DNA from: Verrucomicrobiota bacterium
GTDB lineage: Bacteria; Verrucomicrobiota; Verrucomicrobiia; Limisphaerales; SXQI01
Direction of reading: 5' to 3'
Assembly (NCBI GenBank): GCA_033762115.1
Contig: JANRLX010000005.1
Coordinates: forward strand, 1-15,263
Length of the DNA: 15,263 nt
A program made the position numbers and the translations under genes. Every line of letters starts with the position of its first letter. Position 1 is the stretch's first letter. Positions 7,330 to 14,813 of this stretch are shown here, in pieces. The notes under the pieces are model-generated. The model was not told the origin of the DNA. It was given only the letters and a program-made list of their open reading frames with translations, and did no database searches.

Positions 7330-8670
7330 ATGAGCGCTCTGATAATGGTTGTTGATGACGAAGCTCCAATACGGTCGCTTGTCAGCACCGTGCTCGCCAA
7401 GGCCGGATTCAAGCCGGTTGAAATTGCCGACGGCGCTGCCTTGAAGGAAGCCTTTGCCGGCCCTGTGCCGGAGGTGGTGCTGCTGGATCTCAAGCTGCCG
7501 GATGCGGATGGAATGGATCTGCTGCCACAACTTAAAAAGACCTGGCCCACCACTGAAGTCATTGTGCTGACCGGTTTCGCCACGATTGATGCTGCGGTCG
7601 GAGCCACCAAGCTGGGCGCTTACGATTTCCAGAAAAAACCTTTCGATCACAAATCGCTCCTCCTCTCGATTGAACGCGCTCTGGAGCACAAGCAGTTGAC
7701 GGAACAAACCAGTTCCCTGCGCCAGGCCCTCGTCGCAATGAGTGGTGGCGCCTCGCCGATTTTTCAGAGCCCCGCCATGAAAACGGTCGTCCGCACTGTC
7801 GAGCGGGTGGCCCCGAGTGATGTCTCCATCCTCATTACCGGAGAAAGCGGCACTGGAAAAGAGGTCATTGCTGACCTGATCCACACGCTCAGTCCGCGGT
7901 CAAAAGGGGCGTTCATCAAAGTCAATTGCGCTGCATTGCCCCGCGAGTTGATTGAAAGCGAACTTTTTGGTTCGGTCAAAGGCGCCTTTACCGGGGCACA
8001 ATCTGATCGGGAGGGATTATTCCGGCAGGCTGAAGGAGGCACTCTGCTGCTGGATGAACTGGCGGAAATGCCGGTGGATACCCAAACCAAACTTCTCCGC
8101 GTGCTTCAGGAAAAGGAATTCCGCCCTGTGGGTGGCCGGACCAGTTATAAATCCGATGTCCGGATCATCGCCTCCACAAATCTTGAAGTGGACGTGGCGA
8201 TCCGGGCCGGAAAATTGCGCGAGGATCTTTATTATCGTATCAGCGCCATTTCCCTGAACCTGCCTCCATTGCGCGAACGTCGTGAGGATATTCTTCCCCT
8301 CGCAAACAGCTTTTTGAAACGGTTTGCCGCCCAGGCCGGAAGAAGCGTTGGTGGCTTTACTCCACCTGCCGCAGAGCTGATCAGAAAATATGATTGGCCG
8401 GGAAATGTGCGCCAGCTGCAAAATGAGATACAGCGCGCTCTTCTCATGACCGAAAATCAATTGATCGATACCACCGATCTTTCAATCAAGGAAAACAGCG
8501 CCGACCTCCCGGATGACACCGATCTCACCCTGCTTGAGGGAATGGAAAAAAATACCATCATGCAGATGCTCAAGGAAACCAACGGGAACAAACTTGAAAC
8601 CGCTCGCCGCCTGGGTATCGGTCGTCAAACGCTCTACAACAAAATCAAAGCCTACGGCATCAGTGCCTAA
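7330..8670 (+). CDS. Sigma54-dependent response regulator (NtrC/AtoC family: receiver, AAA+, Fis-type HTH)
   Basis: Receiver domain (VVDDE, LLDL phospho-Asp, LTG, KKPF), Walker A GESGTGKE, intact GAFTGA loop, Walker B LLLDE, REDLYYR, WPGNVRQL and C-terminal HTH NKLETARRLGIGRQTLYNKI. Confidence 0.95.
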   Translation: MSALIMVVDDEAPIRSLVSTVLAKAGFKPVEIADGAALKEAFAGPVPEVVLLDLKLPDADGMDLLPQLKKTWPTTEVIVLTGFATIDAAVGATKLGAYDFQKKPFDHKSLLLSIERALEHKQLTEQTSSLRQALVAMSGGASPIFQSPAMKTVVRTVERVAPSDVSILITGESGTGKEVIADLIHTLSPRSKGAFIKVNCAALPRELIESELFGSVKGAFTGAQSDREGLFRQAEGGTLLLDELAEMPVDTQTKLLRVLQEKEFRPVGGRTSYKSDVRIIASTNLEVDVAIRAGKLREDLYYRISAISLNLPPLRERREDILPLANSFLKRFAAQAGRSVGGFTPPAAELIRKYDWPGNVRQLQNEIQRALLMTENQLIDTTDLSIKENSADLPDDTDLTLLEGMEKNTIMQMLKETNGNKLETARRLGIGRQTLYNKIKAYGISA

Positions 8671-8673
8671 CCG

Positions 8674-10797
8674 CTATTGCTGTTGGAGCCGGTAATACGC
8701 CTCTTCCGAATCAAGTGTCATCGGCTCTGTGATGGAGATTGTTCCTGTCGTGGAGGAAACTGGTCGAACGACAATCCAGTCCACGAGATTTGTCGATTTC
8801 TCCAGGATGTAATTCTGGCTCGGTTCCACAAACACAGTAAAAGCAACTTCTCCATTGCCTGCTGATTCGCCAAAGAACCTTAACCCCGGATCTTCGCCCT
8901 GGCCCAGTTTAAAAATATACGCATTATCACCAGCCACTACTATGTTCGTGCCCACAGAGACCGCTGCAAAGATGGGATAATCACTTACTGGCAGCACATC
9001 CGCGTTCCAGCGACGTCCGTCAAAGGATGTGAGATGAACGCCAGCATCACCAAAGACATGGAAACGATCGATAGAAAAGACCACGGTTCGAAGGTGGTTT
9101 GTTGTCCCGGAAAAGGTCGATGACCAAGCAATTCCATTGGTGGAAAAAAGGATCTTTCCGTATTCACCCACAGCCACAGCTACATTTGCTCCAGATGTGA
9201 CGTCCAAAAGAGTGCCAGTCACAAGTGGGGTCGTCGAATTGCTCCATGTCACACCATCTGAAGAGTAAACGGCGCCTTGATAACCTACCGCAATAAGTTT
9301 CCCGAAAGCTTCAGTGATTCCATGGAGATTCCGTGTCGTTCCAGACACTTGTTGATTCCATTCATCATCTCCCTCAGTAGAGGTTAAAATCACTCCAGAA
9401 TAACCAACGCCGTAAAAGCTACTTTTGGCATGTATGATATCATATAAGAAAGCGGATGCGAGCGGATGGGAAACCACGTCCCAATCTATCCCATTGGTGG
9501 AAAACATTGCCGGGCCAGTCCCACCTACCCCAACAAACTTACCGTCGCCAAATGCCAAGCCGCGTACAGCGTAGTACCTGAAAGGAGTGTTAAGATTTGT
9601 GTGGACGACCCCAGTAAAAGTTTGTCCGTTAGTCGAGTAGGCTAGACCCGCTTCTCCTCCAACAACAATAGTGCCGTTGGTGGACGCTGCAATTGAATAA
9701 AAGTTCCGGTAGTACGGTTCCACTCTTTGAATAATCGTCCAGTTGGTCAAGTTGGTGCTGGATCCAATCACTCCATCTGTTCCCACAGCAATGACTTTCC
9801 CCATTCCGACGGTGAGACCGTGGAAATTGAAAGTGGTATCTCCAACCAATTCCATATCATTGGTGCTTCGTCGAATTAAGAATGGCAAGGGAGCATCATA
9901 ACGCGAAAGATAAAGCGTGGAATTTTCAAAATGAACATTATCCGTAAATGGCGAGAGACTTTGAGGAGATACAGGTGATGGTTGGGGAATAGTTACACGT
10001 GTCCAGTTTTGACCATCCACAGAGGAATATTCCGCATGAAAGGGGGCAATCAATTTTCCTGGAAAAACCTTTGAAGCAAATCCTTCAAACATAAAAGTTT
10101 CTCCATCGAAGCTGAGCGCTACAATCCAAAACCCGCCAAAGTGAGACTCAGCTGGGGGTGCAGGATAATGCCATTCCCAGTTAATTCCATCATTCGAATA
10201 AACTATGACACAATGTGCCATGCCAAAAATATCCATAGTTCCACCGACAACAGCTCCCACAAATCGTCCATTGCCGTAGGTCAACATAGGCAATTGTGGA
10301 TTACGTAAGCCAATAATGCCTTCGATGCCCATGCTCACTTCCATCCAATCAACACCATTACTCGACACCAGTGCCGTGCCGATGGATGTGCCTAAAACAA
10401 ATCTCCCTTCAGCGTAAACACCAGAAAGAAGGTTATTCGTTGTGCCGCTCTGGACAGGCACCCAACTTTCTCCGTTGGTTGACGTTAAAAGGGAACCCCT
10501 CACTCCGTACGCTACAAAGAGCCCGTCGCCATACACAATACCTGGCTCCGCAAGCAGCGCCTCGCCTGGATTGAGACGTGGATCACCGAGAAGTTCCGGC
10601 ACAGAAAATTGTTCCCAATCTGTTCCATTGGTGGAAACAACACTGATTGAATGCCCTACCGCGACAAACCGATCATTCCCAAAGACCACACCTGTTAATG
10701 GGATATTTTCCGGTCGCGGGTTTAAAACCTCAAAACTGGACGCCCATGAATGGGATAATAAGACCGTTAAGAACACCACCCAAGAGAGCGCCTTCAT
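8674..10797 (-). CDS. Exported repeat protein, probable multi-bladed beta-propeller (Asp-box/BNR/Ycf48-like) with a C-terminal STNLxxW...YYR domain
   Basis: 707 aa with a signal peptide (MKALSWVVFLTVLLSHSWA). About 12 repeats of x-S-x-(N/D)-G-x-x-W preceded by FVAVG-like strands, then a distinct C-terminal domain of about 60 aa. Confidence 0.85.
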   Translation of the reverse strand: MKALSWVVFLTVLLSHSWASSFEVLNPRPENIPLTGVVFGNDRFVAVGHSISVVSTNGTDWEQFSVPELLGDPRLNPGEALLAEPGIVYGDGLFVAYGVRGSLLTSTNGESWVPVQSGTTNNLLSGVYAEGRFVLGTSIGTALVSSNGVDWMEVSMGIEGIIGLRNPQLPMLTYGNGRFVGAVVGGTMDIFGMAHCVIVYSNDGINWEWHYPAPPAESHFGGFWIVALSFDGETFMFEGFASKVFPGKLIAPFHAEYSSVDGQNWTRVTIPQPSPVSPQSLSPFTDNVHFENSTLYLSRYDAPLPFLIRRSTNDMELVGDTTFNFHGLTVGMGKVIAVGTDGVIGSSTNLTNWTIIQRVEPYYRNFYSIAASTNGTIVVGGEAGLAYSTNGQTFTGVVHTNLNTPFRYYAVRGLAFGDGKFVGVGGTGPAMFSTNGIDWDVVSHPLASAFLYDIIHAKSSFYGVGYSGVILTSTEGDDEWNQQVSGTTRNLHGITEAFGKLIAVGYQGAVYSSDGVTWSNSTTPLVTGTLLDVTSGANVAVAVGEYGKILFSTNGIAWSSTFSGTTNHLRTVVFSIDRFHVFGDAGVHLTSFDGRRWNADVLPVSDYPIFAAVSVGTNIVVAGDNAYIFKLGQGEDPGLRFFGESAGNGEVAFTVFVEPSQNYILEKSTNLVDWIVVRPVSSTTGTISITEPMTLDSEEAYYRLQQQ

Positions 10798-10861
10798 TGG
10801 GGAAGCGTGGCAGCATTTCCCTGTTTGTCAATGATTCTTCCCGAGACCGGAGTTGACAGCT

Positions 10862-11371
10862 CTAAAGCGCTTTCAAATCTTCCATGAGGAATTGCGTGAC
10901 TTCCTTGAATTTCGGGATGTTGGCGGGGTTCACCGCCATCAATATCTGGTGTGCTTCCAGGCAGGTGCGGGAAATCTCAACCTTGCTTGGGGCGGGCTGG
11001 GAACTGGAGGCGGGCTGGAACAGGTTTGTGCATGGATTCTCTTCATTTAGAACCTTGAAGAGATGGCCTACGCCAAGGTTTTCGAGAAGATCGACGATTC
11101 GTGCATTCGGGTTCAGCAACTCAAGCCGCGGCTTCGGCCCGGACTGTTCCTCCATTCGCAGCACGATCCCTGCAAGCACGCCCAGAAAAGTGCTGTCCAT
11201 GGTAAGGCAATCAGCAAGGTCGAGCACGAAATGCTGATACCCCCTGGCCAGCAGTTCGGTAACGATATTCTTGAATTCAACGCTGGAATTGAAACTGGCC
11301 CGCCCTGAAATCTTCAGGAACACAGTCTTTTCCAGGATCGCCACAAGAATCGGTTGGCTGGGCTTCGTCAT
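10862..11371 (-). CDS. STAS-domain protein (anti-sigma factor antagonist)
   Basis: 169 aa. FVLDLADCLTMDSTFLGVL is the STAS phospho-Ser motif, followed by a C-terminal extension (CLEAHQILMAVNPANIPKFKEV). Starts 1 nt after the holA stop. Confidence 0.88.
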   Translation of the reverse strand: MTKPSQPILVAILEKTVFLKISGRASFNSSVEFKNIVTELLARGYQHFVLDLADCLTMDSTFLGVLAGIVLRMEEQSGPKPRLELLNPNARIVDLLENLGVGHLFKVLNEENPCTNLFQPASSSQPAPSKVEISRTCLEAHQILMAVNPANIPKFKEVTQFLMEDLKAL

Positions 11372-11372
11372 A

Positions 11373-12518
11373 TCACGCAGCTTTGGCCGCCTCCTCTTTT
11401 TGGATGATTTGAATCAAGGTTTGTTGCAACAGCATTCCAACGTCGAGTCCACTTGAAATCATTTTCAGATTGCATTCAAGGAACAGCTCCATCGCCCGCA
11501 CCAGCTCCCCCAAACCATAGTTGTTTACATGCTTTAAGGAATAGCCCAGTGCAAAATGATTCATCTTCGCGGGATTATACTTGGGATCGGCCGGCAAAGC
11601 TTCCGATGGTACTGTTTCCAATTTTCGTTTAAGGTCAAAAGGAGAGGTGTCTGCCTTGATCCAGCCTGCCCGGATCATTTCTTTCAGCAGGATCAATGTG
11701 CGCACCTTGCTGATCAACCCGTAGAGCAGCGCAATTTCGTTCTTTTGCGAATCCCCCTTCATCGCCCAGAGTTCCTCATCAAGCACTTTCAAGGTTTGTC
11801 CCAGGCGCCGTTCTCCCAGCGCTTCTCCCAGGGCAAATCCTCGTGACAATTTGTTTCGGCTGATGATCGCTTCCACATCCGCCACCTCGATTGCTCGACG
11901 CTCTCCCATATATAGCGCCAGTTTTTCAATCTCGCTACTGAGCTGGCGGTTATTTGGCCCTACTCGTTGGATCAGGTTAACCAGTGCGGAGTCACTGATT
12001 GATTTACCTAAGGCCTCGATTTGTCGCTCGGCAACCTGGCTCGCCTGCTCCGCCCAATCCTTGTCATCGAGCGACCACCCTTCATGGAGTTCCACCTTTC
12101 CCAGCTTGTCGAGTGCCTTGTAAAAACTTTTACGGCGATCCACTTTCCCCGCGCTGATCAATAATCGCACCTTGTCCCAATCGAATTTTTTCAACTGGTC
12201 GGCAAGAGCAGCGAGCGCTTCAGTCACTGCTACTGATGAAGCTGCCCGCTCATCGCCGAGAAAGTTCACATCTTTCAGCCAGATGACTTTGGCCCCGCCA
12301 AAAAAGGGTAATGTTTGAAGAGCTTCAGTAAGTTTTGCCAGGGCCTTGATTGCCTCACCGGTATTCGAGGCGGTGCCATCGATCATCTCATGATCGAATC
12401 CTCCGGCCTCTTCGCACCATTGGGTATAAACCTGCCGGGCCCTTTGCTTGACGGCAAAATCGTCCTCTCCCGCGATAAACCACAATGAAGCGGTTTGATT
12501 GACAACCTTCGGCGGCAT
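11373..12518 (-). CDS. holA: DNA polymerase III subunit delta
   Basis: 381 aa. N-terminal FIAGEDDF, LQTLPFFGGAKVIWLKD, KVDRRKSFYK and LSSEIEKLALY, and a C-terminal collar region, all match HolA. Confidence 0.88.
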   Translation of the reverse strand: MPPKVVNQTASLWFIAGEDDFAVKQRARQVYTQWCEEAGGFDHEMIDGTASNTGEAIKALAKLTEALQTLPFFGGAKVIWLKDVNFLGDERAASSVAVTEALAALADQLKKFDWDKVRLLISAGKVDRRKSFYKALDKLGKVELHEGWSLDDKDWAEQASQVAERQIEALGKSISDSALVNLIQRVGPNNRQLSSEIEKLALYMGERRAIEVADVEAIISRNKLSRGFALGEALGERRLGQTLKVLDEELWAMKGDSQKNEIALLYGLISKVRTLILLKEMIRAGWIKADTSPFDLKRKLETVPSEALPADPKYNPAKMNHFALGYSLKHVNNYGLGELVRAMELFLECNLKMISSGLDVGMLLQQTLIQIIQKEEAAKAA

Positions 12519-12523
12519 CTCAG

Positions 12524-12982
12524 TTACTCGTTCGGATTCTCGTCGTTGTTCTCGTTGATCCGCTCGAGCACTTCTGACATATCCTCCACCTGTTCAAAAA
12601 GTTGTTGCGACACGTAAATGGGTTTTTTCTGTGCAGCGGCCAGGGCCAGGCAATCACTTGGCCGCGCATCAATTTCCACGATTTTTCGGCCAAGCTCATT
12701 CTGCTGTTGAAGAATCAATCGCGCGAAATAGGTGGAATTTTTTAATTCAGTAATCACCACACGTTCCACCGAGATGTTAAAGCCTTTGAAGATGTTGGCG
12801 ATGAGATCATGTGTGAGGGGCCGTTCCTTTGGGGTATCTCGAAGAAACATGCCGATGATCGCCCCCATGTTATGCTCAACCTGGATCACAAACACTTTAT
12901 CATCATTGCCTACGAAAATGGCGCATCCGCTATTCGCTGGCAAAATGCCTCGGATTGCCACAGGCAACACATCTTTCTTCAT
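12524..12982 (-). CDS. Bifunctional nuclease family protein (DUF151)
   Basis: RPLTHDL, VVITELKNSTYFARL and EIDARPSDCLALA are DUF151 signature motifs. Start placed at ATG 12982 (MKKDVLPV, 152 aa) rather than TTG 13009. Confidence 0.92.
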   Translation of the reverse strand: MKKDVLPVAIRGILPANSGCAIFVGNDDKVFVIQVEHNMGAIIGMFLRDTPKERPLTHDLIANIFKGFNISVERVVITELKNSTYFARLILQQQNELGRKIVEIDARPSDCLALAAAQKKPIYVSQQLFEQVEDMSEVLERINENNDENPNE

Positions 12983-12988
12983 AAGCAC

Positions 12989-13016
12989 AGTGTAGAGGGC
13001 GACTGTCAAAAAACAA
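12989..13016 (-). promoter_or_regulatory. Putative sigma70 promoter (leaderless geometry) for the DUF151-holA-STAS operon
   Basis: Minus strand reads TTGTTT, 16-nt spacer, TACACT, 6 nt, ATG (12982). No SD sequence. Confidence 0.55.
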
Positions 13017-13165
13017 GTCTCCCCCTGATAAGACAGTTCAGGCGATACTTATCGGGCAAAAGATTCATGCAAGCTTTTCATTCAGCATTATCATTTGATC
13101 ATCAATGACTTACGAAACAAGCAGCAATCATTCTTCCACCTGCGCTCATTTCGCACATTCGCGAA

Positions 13166-13181
13166 TGGCACACCAGATGCA
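13166..13181 (+). promoter_or_regulatory. Putative sigma54 (-24/-12) promoter
   Basis: TGGCAC-ACCAG-ATGCA has GG (13167-13168) and GC (13179-13180) exactly 10 nt apart, one mismatch from TGGCAC-N5-TTGCA. It sits 13 nt before ATG 13195. Confidence 0.65.
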
Positions 13182-13194
13182 TTAGAGGGATTTA

Positions 13195-13659
13195 ATGAAG
13201 TCAGGATTACAACGTGCAGCATTGGTCGCTTATCTCTTTTTAAGCGTCTATCTGCTCGCGCAGACCACCCCTGAAAAGGTCCTCACCATTACCCAGACAC
13301 TTGATAAAACTGGTGCGACCACAGAGCCGAAGGTTTTTTCAGTCGCTTTGGGAAAGGCGTTGAAAATTGAGCCAGACACCATTCAACTTGCACTTGAAAA
13401 GCATGGGCAAAAGCCAAGCGCCCTGGCCTGTGCCCAATTGATCGCCACGAAGAAAAATGAACCCTTTGAAGAGGTTCTGCCAAAATGTCGAAAAGAGTTC
13501 GATCCGATCAATACCTTGACTGAAAGCAGAATTCCCCTTGATGACGCCCTCGATTACCTCCTCAGCGTGGAAGCTCAAGTCAGTTCCGCCCTTTCCGGTT
13601 CCCATGATCGCAACAATCCCTCCAAGCCAAACTCCTCCATGGTCAGCCTTGGCCAGTAA
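13195..13659 (+). CDS. Hypothetical exported protein (154 aa, predicted helical)
   Basis: Signal peptide-like N terminus (MKSGLQRAALVAYLFLSVYLLA|Q). Fills the space between divergent and convergent neighbours. No family recognised. Confidence 0.75.
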   Translation: MKSGLQRAALVAYLFLSVYLLAQTTPEKVLTITQTLDKTGATTEPKVFSVALGKALKIEPDTIQLALEKHGQKPSALACAQLIATKKNEPFEEVLPKCRKEFDPINTLTESRIPLDDALDYLLSVEAQVSSALSGSHDRNNPSKPNSSMVSLGQ

Positions 13660-13661
13660 GC

Positions 13662-14153
13662 TCACAGACTCATTATCCGTTTGACGAGGTTGGTGGTCGA
13701 TTTTCCAGGGAGATGCGCGAGTATGACCACCCTGCCACCGATTGATTCCACGTATCTCCGTTCCTCCTGCACAATCGTATCGATCGTATAATCTCCACCT
13801 TTGACGTAAATCTCTGGTTGCACAATTTTCAAAAATTCGGTCGCTGTCAGTTGCGGGAAAATTGTCACCGCCGAGACGCTTTCCAATCCCGCCAGCACAA
13901 CCGCCCGATCCTCTTCCTGGTTCACCGGGCGACCCTCTCCCTTCAACTGCCGCACCGTTGCATCGGCATTGATTCCCACCAGGAGTAAATCCCCCTCATT
14001 TCTTGCCGCCTGCAAATAGATGACATGACCCGGGTGTAGAAGGTCAAAGCAGCCGTTCGTCACCACCACCCGTTTGCCTGTTTTGCGGACTCCCTCACGC
14101 CATTCCGGAAGCTTCTCGATCGGGATAATCTTCTCTTTTAAATCCAGCTTCAT
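13662..14153 (-). CDS. rfaE2: D-glycero-beta-D-manno-heptose 1-phosphate adenylyltransferase (stand-alone RfaE domain II, cytidyltransferase-like)
   Basis: VVVTNGCFDLLHPGH (HxGH), LLVGINAD-V--LKG-GRP, YVKGGDY and GKSTT. Confidence 0.88.
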   Translation of the reverse strand: MKLDLKEKIIPIEKLPEWREGVRKTGKRVVVTNGCFDLLHPGHVIYLQAARNEGDLLLVGINADATVRQLKGEGRPVNQEEDRAVVLAGLESVSAVTIFPQLTATEFLKIVQPEIYVKGGDYTIDTIVQEERRYVESIGGRVVILAHLPGKSTTNLVKRIMSL

Positions 14154-14812
14154 TTGGAGGAAAGCCTGCGAATGCGAATTTTTCGATAACTCACCTCATC
14201 ATGATGATCAGTCAGCACAATATGCCCTTCAATCCTGCTTCCAAACGGTTTGGTCTCCTTGAACTTGCTCTTCGCAATCGCGCTTTTTAACTCAGGGCTG
14301 TCCAACTCATACTGAAGCACTCGCTTTCCATTCAACCAGTGAGTCACCTGATTTCCCTGCACCCGGATTCGTGATTTATTCCATTCCCCAATTTTCTTGG
14401 CTCTGGCGCCCTGGACTGGCGGAAGCACATCATAAAATGAACCGGTGGCATGTTTTCGTTGATCGACCGTTGTGTCATCGATCATTTGATATTCATGACC
14501 AATCGCCCCCCGCTCCTCGATCACGAAATATTTTAAGCCGTTGTTTCCTTTTGCACCGATCCTCCATTCCCATTCCAGGTCGAACTCCGAATATTTATCA
14601 ACGCTGATCAGGTTCCCACCGTCTGATTTTGGTTCAAGCCTGAGCACGCCATTTGTAATCACCCATCCTTTGGCCGGGAAGATCGGTTTTCCCAGGGCTC
14701 GCCATTTGTCAGTTGATTTGCCATCAAACAGAGATTCCCACTTTGAAAAAGGTCCCGCGGCAACTGAGAAAGAAACCGCCAGTGTAAAGACGGCCAAAAG
14801 CAATCGTTTCAT
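14150..14812 (-). CDS. DUF1080 family protein (3-keto-disaccharide hydrolase-like), exported
   Basis: Signal peptide, then WESLFDGKS, F-LEWEWR, NNGLKYF, GHEYQMIDD, GSFYDV, GEWNKSRI, HWLNG, GHIVLTDH and YRKIRIR. Its stop overlaps the rfaE2 start (ATGA). Confidence 0.9.
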   Translation of the reverse strand: MKRLLLAVFTLAVSFSVAAGPFSKWESLFDGKSTDKWRALGKPIFPAKGWVITNGVLRLEPKSDGGNLISVDKYSEFDLEWEWRIGAKGNNGLKYFVIEERGAIGHEYQMIDDTTVDQRKHATGSFYDVLPPVQGARAKKIGEWNKSRIRVQGNQVTHWLNGKRVLQYELDSPELKSAIAKSKFKETKPFGSRIEGHIVLTDHHDEVSYRKIRIRRLSSK

Positions 14813-14813
14813 A

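Noticed and set aside
7330..8670. Calling the regulator ntrC/glnG because glnB is nearby
   Set aside because: There is no adjacent ntrB or glnA, and the domain architecture is shared by many sigma54 regulators.
9134..10637. 13-nt repeat CCATTGGTGGAAA at 9134, 9491 and 10625
   Set aside because: The copies are irregularly spaced and encode the recurring STNG protein motif, so this is not a CRISPR array or a DNA-level repeat element.
10826..10858. TGTCAA-N21-TTGACA inverted repeat as a terminator for the STAS operon
   Set aside because: The stem is weak and AT-rich with no U tract. It is better explained as the -35 box of the 707-aa gene plus a chance match.
12983..13009. TTG start for DUF151 at 13009
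   Set aside because: The added codons overlap the apparent promoter (TACACT 6 nt before ATG 12982), and the ATG start gives a typical family length.
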